Assembly: GCA_038870415.1 (NCBI GenBank) | Contig: JAWCPE010000001.1 | Location: forward strand, 6,806-70,805 | Reading direction: 5' to 3' | Origin: Candidatus Bathyarchaeia archaeon | GTDB lineage: Archaea > Thermoproteota > CALKCG01 > B24 > JAWCPE01 | DNA: 64,000 nucleotides | Part shown: positions 45,926 through 56,154 of the stretch, piece by piece | Layout of the letters: the number at the start of each line of letters is the position of its first letter | Numbering within the stretch: position 1 is the first letter of the stretch | Made by a program: the position numbers and the translations under genes | Notes under the pieces: generated by a model | What the model saw: only the letters and a program-made list of their open reading frames with translations | Database searches by the model: none | What the model was told of the DNA's origin: nothing

Positions 45926-47008
45926 ATGAGCGCTCGTCTCCGTGGTTCGACGTGGGGTCTCTCGCGACGCTCACGGGAGATGCTCCTGTATATCGCCGAG
46001 TTGGCGGCCAAGCATATTGTTAGCCGGCATGAAGGCGTGTTGGCGGTCTACCTTACTGGGTCTGCTGCGAGGGGGGAAGCCACGCGTTCGAGCGACCTAG
46101 ACCTTTGCGGGGTCCTCCGCGGGGACCCCGTCTTCAGCAGACAACCGCCAATCGTTGCCGCCGGGAGACCTGTCTTCTACCGTCTCCATCCGCTTCGACG
46201 CTACCTAGACGTAGAGCAGCTTCTCAGAACCTCGGTAGTGTTGTCGGCTCAGATCGTTGACTCAGTGGGGCTCTACGACCCAGAGGGGGTCTTCGCGAAG
46301 ATACAGGCGGCTGTACTCCAGCGATACGGCGATCCGTTCTACCTGAAAGCTCGAGTCTCCCTCAGCCTCGAGGTGGCAGAGCGGCATCTCCTTTCAGCAC
46401 ACCTATCAGCTCGTCAGCGGAGAGCCTCTCAGGTTGCGAGCCGACTGGTTCAACTGGTAGTCTATGGGCTAGCCCCTGCTGTCTTCTTCCTGGCCGACCG
46501 CCCTCCTACGGAGCGGAGATGCCTCGCCGCGCTGAGGCCTACATGTGAGACTCTCGGCGCAGATAATCTCTACGAGGAGATAGTCGGTCTTCTCGGCTTG
46601 GAGGAAGCGTCAAGCAGATGGGCGTGGCAAGCAGTAGGCGCGGTTAAGCAGCTCTCACGACTGGCCAGCTCCGTTTTGACGCGGCACAGCCCACAGCTGT
46701 ATTGGATGAACGCCGACTGGCTGAGCAACGCGATGGCTGACTACTTCATCGAGGGCGCGAAGGAGCTGCTCCTAGACGGGGAGAAGGAGGCGTCGATCTT
46801 CTGCTCTATGGTGATCGCATCCCGCCTCTTAGATATCGTGAACGGAGCGGAAGCCTCACTCCCCGCCGGTCTATTGATAGACATGGAGAGGCTGGGTTCA
46901 CGTGTGCTAGGCGCTGACCGTGTTGAGAAACCAGCAATGCCCGCCCGTCTGAGGAGCGCTGGAACCGTCGTCGAGGAGACACGACGGCTTGCCTCAGGCC
47001 AATTGTAG
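45926..47008 (+). CDS. Nucleotidyltransferase-domain protein with helical C-terminal domain
   Basis: YLTGSAARGE..SSDLDL, LYDPEG. Confidence 0.8.
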   Translation: MSARLRGSTWGLSRRSREMLLYIAELAAKHIVSRHEGVLAVYLTGSAARGEATRSSDLDLCGVLRGDPVFSRQPPIVAAGRPVFYRLHPLRRYLDVEQLLRTSVVLSAQIVDSVGLYDPEGVFAKIQAAVLQRYGDPFYLKARVSLSLEVAERHLLSAHLSARQRRASQVASRLVQLVVYGLAPAVFFLADRPPTERRCLAALRPTCETLGADNLYEEIVGLLGLEEASSRWAWQAVGAVKQLSRLASSVLTRHSPQLYWMNADWLSNAMADYFIEGAKELLLDGEKEASIFCSMVIASRLLDIVNGAEASLPAGLLIDMERLGSRVLGADRVEKPAMPARLRSAGTVVEETRRLASGQL

Positions 47009-47049
47009 AGTAGAGCCACGTTCACGAAGCATGATCGGAGAAGCGAAGC

Positions 47050-47742
47050 CTAACCGGACGCTGCAGCTGTCGCTTTGCCTCCCGTTGTTACCTTTCGACC
47101 GCCGGCCTTCGCCCTCGTAGGACTGACCAGTAGAAGGACGAGGGCGACGATGAGGATGAGGAGGCCGATGGCCGCTGCCGTCTGGAGCTGCAGGCGGAGA
47201 ACATGGACTTCCGCCCAGACGATCAAGGGAAGGAAGCCTAAGACCGCGAGTAGGCCGATTCTCCCAAGCGTCCGCATGAGGATGCGAGCCTTGTCGAGAG
47301 GCCAAGAGGCGAAAGCCAGCGCCAGACCTGCGACGATGAGGCTGGAGGACCCTGACACGAACATAGGTGGATAGCTGAGAGCCTCGAGAATAGCCCAGGG
47401 CGAAGGCCATGAGACCTGCAATGCCAAGATGCCCAGAGCTGAGATGAGGCTGCAGGAGCCCAACAGGACTGAGACCAACGCGGCGCTATTCATGACCGCT
47501 ATCCTATCGTGCGCATCGTCTGGTACCACTCGCAGCCTCAGCCAGGTCGAGACGGTGGTTAGGACAAAGAACATGGCGACCACCGGCCAGTTCGCGATGT
47601 AGTCCTGCACGGCGGAAGCCAGCCCACTCGCGGCAGACCCATGAGCAGACCAGTAGTACCCCACGGTTGCGAAGTTGAGGCCGATAGCCGCTACTAGCGT
47701 CTGCCACCAGAGGCCTCTCAAGGCTGGCGAACTCGCGACCAT
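47050..47742 (-). CDS. Multi-pass membrane protein
   Basis: About six hydrophobic segments. Confidence 0.65.
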   Translation of the reverse strand: MVASSPALRGLWWQTLVAAIGLNFATVGYYWSAHGSAASGLASAVQDYIANWPVVAMFFVLTTVSTWLRLRVVPDDAHDRIAVMNSAALVSVLLGSCSLISALGILALQVSWPSPWAILEALSYPPMFVSGSSSLIVAGLALAFASWPLDKARILMRTLGRIGLLAVLGFLPLIVWAEVHVLRLQLQTAAAIGLLILIVALVLLLVSPTRAKAGGRKVTTGGKATAAASG

Positions 47743-47867
47743 TTAGACCATCAGAGCTATTCAGGACTATAGTTGAGAGGAATGGGCGCTCATTTATCGT
47801 TTGCGGCTTAGCTGAGAGAACAAACCTGCCCAGGTATAGCGGAAGCATTCGTAACGCTGAGGAGATG

Positions 47868-48230
47868 CTACGCCGCAGGCTTGACCCCGAAGAGAAGTCC
47901 CAAAACCGCGCTTGCGCCGATAATAGACAGGACTGCGAAGCTTAAGAGGGCAAACTTGACATCTCGGTTCGCTAAGAAAGCGTATGCGCATACTAGAATC
48001 CTAGTCACAGGCGTCAGGACCAGTATTAGAAGCCCGAGACTAAGTATGCAAGAGGGCTTTGCCTGAGCAATGCCTTGGGGTAGCTCCGAGAGTTCGCGCA
48101 TGACATTCACGGTATAGTTTGGCTCAGCCGGCAGGCTTAGGCTGAGCGCAAGTCCAAGGGCGAAGAGCGCTGTGCTTGCGGCCATCCCGATAACAAGGAC
48201 AAGATAGACGAGCCTGTTCACGTCAGCCAT
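47868..48230 (-). CDS. DUF1634 membrane protein
   Basis: GLLILVLTPV.R, D.KF; directly downstream of the TSUP gene. Confidence 0.82.
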   Translation of the reverse strand: MADVNRLVYLVLVIGMAASTALFALGLALSLSLPAEPNYTVNVMRELSELPQGIAQAKPSCILSLGLLILVLTPVTRILVCAYAFLANRDVKFALLSFAVLSIIGASAVLGLLFGVKPAA

Positions 48231-49156
48231 CAGGGCCCTCCTACAGACAACGTGGGGAGATGAAGACCGAGGTATAAGGCAAGGCCTTGGGCGGCCATAG
48301 CGTATCCGAGGTAGGCCATCAGGACGGTGAGGCTGAGCTTTAACGTCCGGCTGTTAAGCCGGTTCATCGCCCAGGTCCCGACGGTTGCGCCCAGGGTTGT
48401 TCCTATGCAGATGGGGGCCGCCGTGAAGGGGTCGAGTATCCCCGAGGCGAGGAAGACGAGGGCGCTCGTCGCCGCTGTCACGCCGATCATGAACTTGCTC
48501 GTACCTATGGCTGCCTTCACGGGCACGTTCATGTAAAGGTTCATAGCGGTCACCTTCACGACCCCGCCGCCTATGCCGAGAAGGCCTGAACCTACCCCCG
48601 CGATGTAGGAGAGCAGAGAACCGGCTCCCGCCTGGGCTACCCTGTAGTCGACCGTTGCAGCCTCAGCTTGGTCGAAGTAGCTTCCACGTATGTCAAGCCA
48701 TCTAGCTAGGCCTTTAGGAGCGGCATCAGCGTACACGTTCCTAGCGAGACGAGCTTCATCCAGTCTTCGAGTCCGGAAGGCGGCTACCGCCAAGTAGGCG
48801 AGGAGAAGGCTGAAGGCAAGAAACAGGAAACCGCCTGAGACGAAGAGCGCCAAGAGGCTTCCCGTCAACGCGCCCGCGGTTGTGCAGACCTCCAGAAAAA
48901 CGGCGAGTCTCACGTTTGTGATCCTCTGCTCCACGTACGACGAGCCGCCCGCGTTAGAGGTGGCGATTACGGATACTATACTCGACGCTATAGCCTGGTG
49001 GATTGGCACACCCAGGTAGAGTGTGAGGATAGGAACGATGAAGACGCCTCCGCCGAAACCGAGCAGCGCGCCGAAGAAGCCCGCGAAGATGCCAACCAGC
49101 ATCTGAGCGAGGACCAGAGCGAGGCTGAGCAAGGCAAACCTAGCCTCGTCAAGCAG
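48230..49156 (-). CDS. Sulfite exporter TauE/SafE (TSUP) family
   Basis: GALLGFGGG.FIVP, GLLGIGGG, TSKFMIGVTA. Probable CTG start after GGGAG. Confidence 0.9.
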   Translation of the reverse strand: MLDEARFALLSLALVLAQMLVGIFAGFFGALLGFGGGVFIVPILTLYLGVPIHQAIASSIVSVIATSNAGGSSYVEQRITNVRLAVFLEVCTTAGALTGSLLALFVSGGFLFLAFSLLLAYLAVAAFRTRRLDEARLARNVYADAAPKGLARWLDIRGSYFDQAEAATVDYRVAQAGAGSLLSYIAGVGSGLLGIGGGVVKVTAMNLYMNVPVKAAIGTSKFMIGVTAATSALVFLASGILDPFTAAPICIGTTLGATVGTWAMNRLNSRTLKLSLTVLMAYLGYAMAAQGLALYLGLHLPTLSVGGP

Positions 49157-49233
49157 GGCCTCTCCCTTAAAGCTTGCTCGTGACAGAGGGGCGGCTTCAA
49201 CTTCTGAAGCGTAAGGCGCGGCTTCTGAACGTC

Positions 49234-52200
49234 TCACATGAACTGGCTCAGGCTTGCCTGGGCTTTCTGTGGGCTAGCCCCGAATGACGCCTCGATCTCG
49301 TCCCTGATCAAGGCTAGCCTCTGCCTGTAATATTGGGCTACCTCGTACTTTTCAGCCATCTCTTCGGCTATCTCGACGTACTTCTCGACGCTCTTCCGGT
49401 AGACGGTGAGTCCTAGCTCTGCTCCGCACCGTGCGCATTTCCCGGTTAGCGGCGCTCTGCGGTGGGTGGAGTTGCACCTCTTACACCTGAAACGCTGCCC
49501 CGAGAAGGCGCGGAGGTTACCCATCATATCGCGTATGAAATGCGAAGAGACCACCTTCTCCACCACCTCTCGCGCGTCGACGGCCTCAAGCTGGTCTGTT
49601 AGCAAGAGCACAGCCTCGACCTTGCTCTTCATCGTGCCAAGCCGTTTGTAGGCGCTCTCCAGGTTGCAGCCGCAGATGTTCGACGACTCATGAGTGAACC
49701 TGAAGCCTTCGAACTGGGCCTCGGTGCCAAGCCTCTCCGAGACTACGTCAACGACGCCTACGAGCTGTCTAGGGTCCTCCTGCTCCCGGCAAGCCTCGTA
49801 GAAAGCCGTAGGATAGGCGGCTGCCACATCCAAGTTGTGGGCGGCGGAGTCTACCTCGTACGGGTTCAAGATAGGGGTGACGAGGAGCGGCGCATCCATA
49901 AGTCCGCCCACCTGAGAGGGCAAGTACTCGCGGGAGAAGTTTACGAAGCAGTCTAGGGCTAGGAAGACCGCGTCTTCGTCCCCGTCGCAGTCCCGTCTCT
50001 TCGCCGCGTGCCAGTAGGGATGGGCGAAGCAGACGTTCGCATCGGTGAAACCTATCACTCTCCCTACGACGCCGACAGAGGTGTGAGGCGCCAAGCCGAT
50101 GACGAGCTGGCCTACAATATCCCTGTCCGACCTAGCGTTGTAGAACGGGTGAAGCCCGTAGAAGCCGCGTAGCAGCTCGTCCATGAAGGCGGCTGACCTT
50201 GCGAGGTAGGCTAAGCACGGCCGTGGAACGATGATGTCCTGCACCTTCAACTCGCATACTTGCTCTGGGTCAGTCAGAGGAGCGCCATGCTGGTCCGTAA
50301 CGTACCCGAGCTGCCTCAACTCTTCTATGCTTGTCCCTATCTCCTTCGGTTTGAAGTGTGTGAGCGGGGCATTCGTCGCGTCGAACCTGACCGTGCCGTC
50401 CTTGAAGACGGAGAGAGAGAACCGCGCCCTGAGGAGGCCTTTCTCAAGCGGCTCCGGCACCTTACTCCTGCTCGAGAGACCCTTCACGCCTTTGACGAGT
50501 TCGCCTCGGACGATGCCGAGTCGGCTTGACGCTTCATCCATCAACTGCTTAACATCGACTGTCTGAGGCCTCCAGCCTCTCAACTGGACTCCGCAGGAGG
50601 GGCAGGTCTCAGCCTTCGCCGCGTAGGATCTGTTGCATCGAGGGCATGTAGGCTCAAGAACCGTCGCGGCTCCGCATTTGACGCAGTAAGGCCTAAAGCC
50701 GAGGCTGCCGCAGGAGGGGCACCGCATCGCCGCAAGCTCGACGCTCACGCGTGTACCGGTCGAGGCCTCGATGAGGTCGCGCTTCGAGCCGCCTGAGAGC
50801 CCCACGGGGAAGAGGACGTGGACGAGCGGCTTCATCTCTCTCCGCTTCGCCTTCTCAGGTCTCCCCATCTTCGCCCCGATGAAGGTTGGCGACTTCTCCT
50901 CAACCCGAAGCCCTGAGAGCCTCCTGACAGCCTCAAGCCCTGAGAGTCCGGGCTCAACTCTCAGCTCGGATGCGCCCAACCTTAACAGCCGTCTCAGTAT
51001 CTCGGCGTCCTCCCGGATGACGACTCTGCCGTTCTCAACGGTATGCGGGACGAGGAGCCTCTCTAGAAGCCTCTTCGCCTGCCTATCCAATGGGACCCTA
51101 AGTTCCTCTGCCTGCTCCCCCTCTAGCGAGGCCTGTCCTGAGCTCAACCATCGCCTGAGCTCTTCCAGGTCGAGCCCTGAGAGCCGCGACCATTCATACG
51201 TGTACCTTGGATGGAGGGGAACCCCAAGCGTCTCCGAGAGCCACAAAGCCTCCCTCGGCGTAGGTCGCGTGTGAAGAGGGTCGTTCACTAGGGCGTCCAG
51301 CCGAGAAGGGGAGAGCCATCCTGCCTGTAGGGCTTGCTTCACGCTGTCCGCTTCGCCCTGTCCTAGGCTTGCCTTAAGCCTCTGTGCCCACTCCTCCTCG
51401 GTGATGCCTGAGGGAAGGAGACGCCGGTTGTTCCTTAGGAAATCGTAGAAGCTGACTAGAAGGTCTCCTAGGAAGAGGACGCGTTCGATCTCCGGCCTAA
51501 GCCGAGCGGCCTGCTCCACGGTCTCAACTCTGACGACAGACCCGTCCTTAAGTCTCACCACGGGCGGCTCTATGGAGTCTACGCATGCCACCACCCCGCC
51601 CTTGCTGGGCTTCTCGACCCTCAACTGTGTACCGACCGCTAGGAAGTCCCTGAGGACGGCGACGGTCGCGGGGTGCACCCCAAGCGCTGCTAGGCCTGTA
51701 TTCCTGGCGCGTCCATAGCGTAGCCGGAATCCACCGGGGCGTGAGGGGGAGGCGAAGACCGGCCTCCCCGCGATGACTTCCTCCACGTACATAGCGTCTG
51801 TAGACTTGCCTGAGGCTTGGCCGGCCTGCCAGACGGTCTCAAGCCAGTCCCAGCCTTCGATGCCGAGCTTCTCCACGATCTTGAGGACCTTACGCGAACG
51901 GCCTGCCAGTCCGTCGTTGACCACGATGATGGCGCCGCCCCTGATCCTGTTCGTCTCAACGCGGGGGAGGTTCCGGAACGAGGTCACCTCGAAGGGGTCA
52001 GTCTCGACGCCTGTAACCTCAATCGGGAGGTTCCGCAGGATGCGGTCTAACACTTCGTCGGGCACGTGATACTGGAGGGGTCGCACGGACCGTTCGTAGA
52101 GCCGGGTCTCCTCTATGAAGCGTCTGATCTCGTCCTCCGTCGGCCTGTACCTGTCTAGGCGTAGTTTCCGACGGATGAAGTCAGCTACCACGACGATGAG

Positions 52201-52653
52201 CGCCTGCTCAGTGCCTCCCGCAGGCCTGATGGGGCCTGCGAAGTAGACGGAAAGATACCTAGACTTGTCCGCGTTCTGTTTGAACGCTACTCGGGTGATT
52301 CCCTGAAGAGGCGCGACGGTAGCGCCCTCGGTAGTTATCGCCAACGCGGTCCTGATAGCCTGCTCCGCGGCAGCCCGTTCCTCTAGGGGGCCGAAGGCGC
52401 CGTAGACGATCTCTTCGCCTACCTTGAAGGCCATCTCCTCGCGTTCCATCACCTTGCTCAGCTCACGGATCCGAGCGGCTACGCCCGGTGGGCCGACGAG
52501 AAGCTCCACCTTCTCCGCGAGGTCCCGGGTTATCCTAGGCTCAGGCTCAGGCTTAGGGTCTAGGCCCCTCGACCTCGCGAGTCGAGCTACCTCGTAGAGG
52601 CGGTTCAGCTCTCGGGCTATGGATGAGAAGTAGGCTTCGTAGGCTTGGCTCAT
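49234..52653 (-). CDS. polC: DNA polymerase D large subunit DP2
   Basis: YFAGPIR.AGGT, GGFRLRYGR.RN.G, MGRPEK, HAAKRRDCDGDED, zinc fingers; no intein evident. Confidence 0.97.
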   Translation of the reverse strand: MSQAYEAYFSSIARELNRLYEVARLARSRGLDPKPEPEPRITRDLAEKVELLVGPPGVAARIRELSKVMEREEMAFKVGEEIVYGAFGPLEERAAAEQAIRTALAITTEGATVAPLQGITRVAFKQNADKSRYLSVYFAGPIRPAGGTEQALIVVVADFIRRKLRLDRYRPTEDEIRRFIEETRLYERSVRPLQYHVPDEVLDRILRNLPIEVTGVETDPFEVTSFRNLPRVETNRIRGGAIIVVNDGLAGRSRKVLKIVEKLGIEGWDWLETVWQAGQASGKSTDAMYVEEVIAGRPVFASPSRPGGFRLRYGRARNTGLAALGVHPATVAVLRDFLAVGTQLRVEKPSKGGVVACVDSIEPPVVRLKDGSVVRVETVEQAARLRPEIERVLFLGDLLVSFYDFLRNNRRLLPSGITEEEWAQRLKASLGQGEADSVKQALQAGWLSPSRLDALVNDPLHTRPTPREALWLSETLGVPLHPRYTYEWSRLSGLDLEELRRWLSSGQASLEGEQAEELRVPLDRQAKRLLERLLVPHTVENGRVVIREDAEILRRLLRLGASELRVEPGLSGLEAVRRLSGLRVEEKSPTFIGAKMGRPEKAKRREMKPLVHVLFPVGLSGGSKRDLIEASTGTRVSVELAAMRCPSCGSLGFRPYCVKCGAATVLEPTCPRCNRSYAAKAETCPSCGVQLRGWRPQTVDVKQLMDEASSRLGIVRGELVKGVKGLSSRSKVPEPLEKGLLRARFSLSVFKDGTVRFDATNAPLTHFKPKEIGTSIEELRQLGYVTDQHGAPLTDPEQVCELKVQDIIVPRPCLAYLARSAAFMDELLRGFYGLHPFYNARSDRDIVGQLVIGLAPHTSVGVVGRVIGFTDANVCFAHPYWHAAKRRDCDGDEDAVFLALDCFVNFSREYLPSQVGGLMDAPLLVTPILNPYEVDSAAHNLDVAAAYPTAFYEACREQEDPRQLVGVVDVVSERLGTEAQFEGFRFTHESSNICGCNLESAYKRLGTMKSKVEAVLLLTDQLEAVDAREVVEKVVSSHFIRDMMGNLRAFSGQRFRCKRCNSTHRRAPLTGKCARCGAELGLTVYRKSVEKYVEIAEEMAEKYEVAQYYRQRLALIRDEIEASFGASPQKAQASLSQFM

Positions 52654-52776
52654 CTTAAACTGGGCAGTAGGCTGCCCTTGGAGCGTCGTCAAATGAATCG
52701 TCACCTACCGGCCCCTCGACCGGCTGGGCTACTCGATCCTTCCCATCTGGATGTCACACCATGGGTCTTAACCTTT

Positions 52777-53583
52777 TTAATGCTTCTCCGCGAGCCGCTT
52801 TCGCGTGACGCCGGCTTCCCTGATGCCCTCGACGAGGGCGGTTAGGGTCTTCTTCACGGAGGCGGGGCGTTCCTCAAGCACCGTGCCGGTGACGATGATG
52901 TCTGCCCCGGCCGAGGCTGCATCCATGACGGCGCGCTTCGTGCGAAGCCCACCCCCTACGATGAGCGGTATGTCGACGGCGGACCGGACGAACGATATCA
53001 TCTCCGGCGGGACAGGCCTCTCCGCTCCTGAGCCTGCCTCTAAGTAGACGAACTGCATTCCGAAGAGTTCGGCTGCCAACGCGTAGAGAGAGGCGAGGCT
53101 TGGCCTGTCGTAGGGGATGAGTTGTGCTTGGCCTATGAAGCCTGCTGCGCCGCCGTCGCCTACGATGATGTACCCCATCGGTAGAGCCTCGAGGCCGTAC
53201 TGCTTGATCATCGGCGCCGCAAGTGCTTGGACGCCGACGATGAAGTAGGGGTTTGAGGAGTTGAGGAGCGACATAAACCATACGGCGTCCGCGTACGGGG
53301 TGATCCCCGCCACGTTACTGGGGAAGAGGATCACGGGGACCTTAACCCGCTCCTTGATAGCCCTTACCGTTAGACTTAGCTGGTCAGTGGACGCGAGCGT
53401 CGAGCCCCCGACCATTATGGCGGCTGTGCCCGCCTCCTCCGCCTCCGCGGCGATGCTTCCCGCCTCACGGTGGTCCTGCTTCTCAGGGTCTATCAGCGTG
53501 ACGTGGATAGAGCCCTCCCGCGTAATCCTTTCTAGCAGGTACTCCTTCACTTTCAAAGGCAGGTCCACCGTAGAGGCTTTCAC
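52777..53583 (-). CDS. Geranylgeranylglyceryl phosphate synthase
   Basis: H.TLIDPE, MVGGST, SLLNS.NPYF, YLEAGSGA, VGGG.R. Confidence 0.95.
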   Translation of the reverse strand: MKASTVDLPLKVKEYLLERITREGSIHVTLIDPEKQDHREAGSIAAEAEEAGTAAIMVGGSTLASTDQLSLTVRAIKERVKVPVILFPSNVAGITPYADAVWFMSLLNSSNPYFIVGVQALAAPMIKQYGLEALPMGYIIVGDGGAAGFIGQAQLIPYDRPSLASLYALAAELFGMQFVYLEAGSGAERPVPPEMISFVRSAVDIPLIVGGGLRTKRAVMDAASAGADIIVTGTVLEERPASVKKTLTALVEGIREAGVTRKRLAEKH

Positions 53584-53765
53584 GGCCTAGCTCGTTGCCA
53601 CTCGATATAAGCGGTAGTCAGGCTTAAAAGAGATGATGGTGGCGCTCCTGCCTTCGCCTTAACCGACTTGAGCTGAAGGTAGGCCGATGGAGGAAACCTA
53701 CAGCCGCGCCGACGCCCTAGAGAATACTCGGATTATCATGCGAGGGTAGAGAACGCTGGGCGGGT

Positions 53766-54008
53766 CTAAACGACCGCCTTGACCTTGTAGAAGCTGTCGC
53801 ACCACAGCGAGTAGACGTCCACTGGCGCTATGCCAGGGGCTGCCTCGATCCTGTCATGCCGGTTGCAGGCGCCGCAGTGGACTACCGCGCAGCCTTCCTC
53901 CCTCTGCATCTTGACAACAACGGCTTTCCTACCGCAGACCATGCACGTGAAGACCTTAGGCAGCGTCCTTCTAGGAGCCTTGATGACCTTGCGACGCCGT
54001 CTCCCCAC
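53766..54008 (-). CDS. elf1: Transcription elongation factor Elf1
   Basis: MGRRRRK...LPKVFTC..CG...C..C...VDVYS.WCD. Confidence 0.9.
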   Translation of the reverse strand: MGRRRRKVIKAPRRTLPKVFTCMVCGRKAVVVKMQREEGCAVVHCGACNRHDRIEAAPGIAPVDVYSLWCDSFYKVKAVV

Positions 54009-54258
54009 CCCTTCCACCGAAAACGACCATCTCCAGCCGGCTCACTTAAGCCTTAGCCAGACCGGTTCAGGTTTATCAGCCGGAGCTCTCTGGGGATGAT
54101 TCAGCGATTGCCTCTCGCTCGGCGCCCCGAGCACGTCGCCCTCCGTCTCCATCTGACTGGCAGGTCTCTCCGCTTCGGTGCTTTCCCTCCGCAGATGAAA
54201 CAGAACCAGCAGACCAGCAGTCCCAACTCCCTTGTCTCGCGTAAGTCCTGCCAGCCTC

Positions 54259-54835
54259 TTATGTCCTCGCGTAATAATCGATATCTAACCGTAGGAGGCC
54301 ATGAGGGGCCGTTTCACTATTCGAATATCGGTCTGAGCCGGTCTTCACAGTGGTGGAAGTTGTCCTTGGACAAGGGAGCCTAGGGGACTCCTCTGCGCTC
54401 CGTGGAAGGTAGGCAGGGTAATCGTACCGATCTAGATGGAAAACCCGTGCGTCCCCCTCTGAGGCCTTCTCCCAGACAAGTGAGTTGAGGTTTGCCGAGA
54501 GGCATCGCAACGTCCAAGTGCCCACTAGTAATCTCCGTCGTCTAGAGAACGCTTCGAGGACATCCTCCCAGAGCCAGCTATCCCCCTCGGTGTAGGTAGC
54601 CCGCACATCTAATCGTGCGTTTTGAAACCGAGATGAGATGAGATGAGATGAGATGAGGTGTTGTCCTCGTCGTGGAAGACCCTAGCCTCTCTTGGAGAGA
54701 GGCTCCCGGTAAGTCACCGTGAGAACGGCGGGGAGGGCCTCCGCTCTCTCCTGGTCAGGCTCGTCTAGAACGTCGTCAACCAAGTTCGGGCCGTAGGTGA
54801 GGGGGCAACTGTAAGTCTCCATTCGAGGAAACATC
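54259..54835 (-). pseudogene. Probable degraded gene interrupted by an in-frame TAG and a microsatellite
   Basis: ORF MFPRMETY..LSKRG* continues in frame through the repeat into ORF 54259..54606; no recognisable family. Confidence 0.3.
54630..54659 (+). repeat. (GAGAT)5 GAGGT pentanucleotide tandem repeat
   Basis: gagatgagatgagatgagatgagatgaggt. Confidence 0.9.
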
Positions 54836-55188
54836 CTCTTCCTATGACTCCTCTTTCGTCCACTCCCTAAGCTCGGCTAGGAGGAAGGCTCGGATATTAA
54901 GGATGAGCCTCAGCGAGGGGAGGCTGAACGCGACCGTTTCCATCAGCATCCTCATCCTCGAAGGCTTCATCAACACGCAACCATGAAAGGTCTGCTGAGG
55001 AAGAGTGACTAGACCAGTTCCATGCCTCATTTCGGTTGAGTCCAGAGCTTTCTGCGGACTTGTCTGGCGGCGTGAAAACCACCTTAACAAAGGAGTAAGC
55101 CCGAGCGTCCCCCAAGCCGCTGTGCTGCGCTAGGAGACCAAGCCGGGAATCCGCGAAAGCTTTAATCGAACACCTCGGAGCTCAAGGT

Positions 55189-55318
55189 GGGGCCGTCGGC
55201 TAGCTAGGTCTAGATGAAGACTGAAGCTCGCCTAGAGCTGCAGCGGGGAGAGGCTACGTGGCTCGGGTCCCGAAGGCGGGAACCCACGTGATCGCCGGTT
55301 CAAATCCGGCCGGCCCCA
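55189..55318 (+). tRNA. tRNA-Pro(CGG) with two introns (D-arm ~55213-55251; canonical 37/38 55268-55282)
   Basis: Acceptor GGGGCCG/CGGCCCC, anticodon arm CGTGG-CT-CGG-G^C-CCACG, T arm GCCGG-TTCAAAT-CCGGC, TTTAAT box upstream; CCA not encoded. Confidence 0.92.
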
Positions 55319-56154
55319 CCTTTTGACAAACCTACCACACCGCGTTAATCGTCAGGAGAATTGGACGCACCACGTGGAAACAACAAGCCGGATGCCCAAG
55401 AGCAACTATCGACAGGACCCGCCCTAAAAGGGCACAGATCGAGACGAAGAGGCGAAGAGACGAGGCCAAACAGGAGTTTAACCATCGCAGGAACCCCGTT
55501 CCCGCTACGTCTACGAGAGCGAGGGGTGAAGCTGTTTCGGAAGCGAAGATGACTTAGCTTGTAACTGGAAGCCCATGGGTACATGGCAGACAGCGCCCCC
55601 CGTCTTAGGCCTAACGCTTCCGAATGGCGATGGACATAAGGCAAGCTACATGGGGATGGGGCTACAAGGCGGCGGAATCTACATCAAGTGTCGCCCATTT
55701 AGGCAAGGGGGTCGGCGTGAAGGAGATGCCCGAGGAAGACTATAAGCTTGTCAGGAGCCTAACTGAGGCCTGCTGCCGCTTCTCCAACATAGGTCTTGAC
55801 GAGGCTTGGAAGGCGAGTTCCAGAAGCTCATGCCCGTCTCTACGAGGCCTTATGGAACGCTTTACGCGTACTGAGCCAGCGCTCGGTCGACGGTCTGTTC
55901 TATCACATCCGATCAGCGATTGAGGGATGTGCTTTACGGCGTTGCTGTTTCTCGCAGCTTCAGAGGAGGCCACCAGCTGCCCACTTTTCGGAAGACTAGG
56001 GATGCCCCTGGGCGAGAATAGCCTCTACAAGCTCTTCACGCTCGATCGAGTTCAGCGGACAGGGGTGCTGAGCGATACTGATAAAAATAAGGCAGGATAC
56101 CCCTGCCGTCGATGGGCGTCTCTAGGTGGCGAACAGTAAGGGGAGGGTGAAGCT

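Noticed and set aside
49234..52653. Intein in DP2
   Set aside because: The HAAKRRDCDGDED site is uninterrupted and the length fits an intein-free protein.
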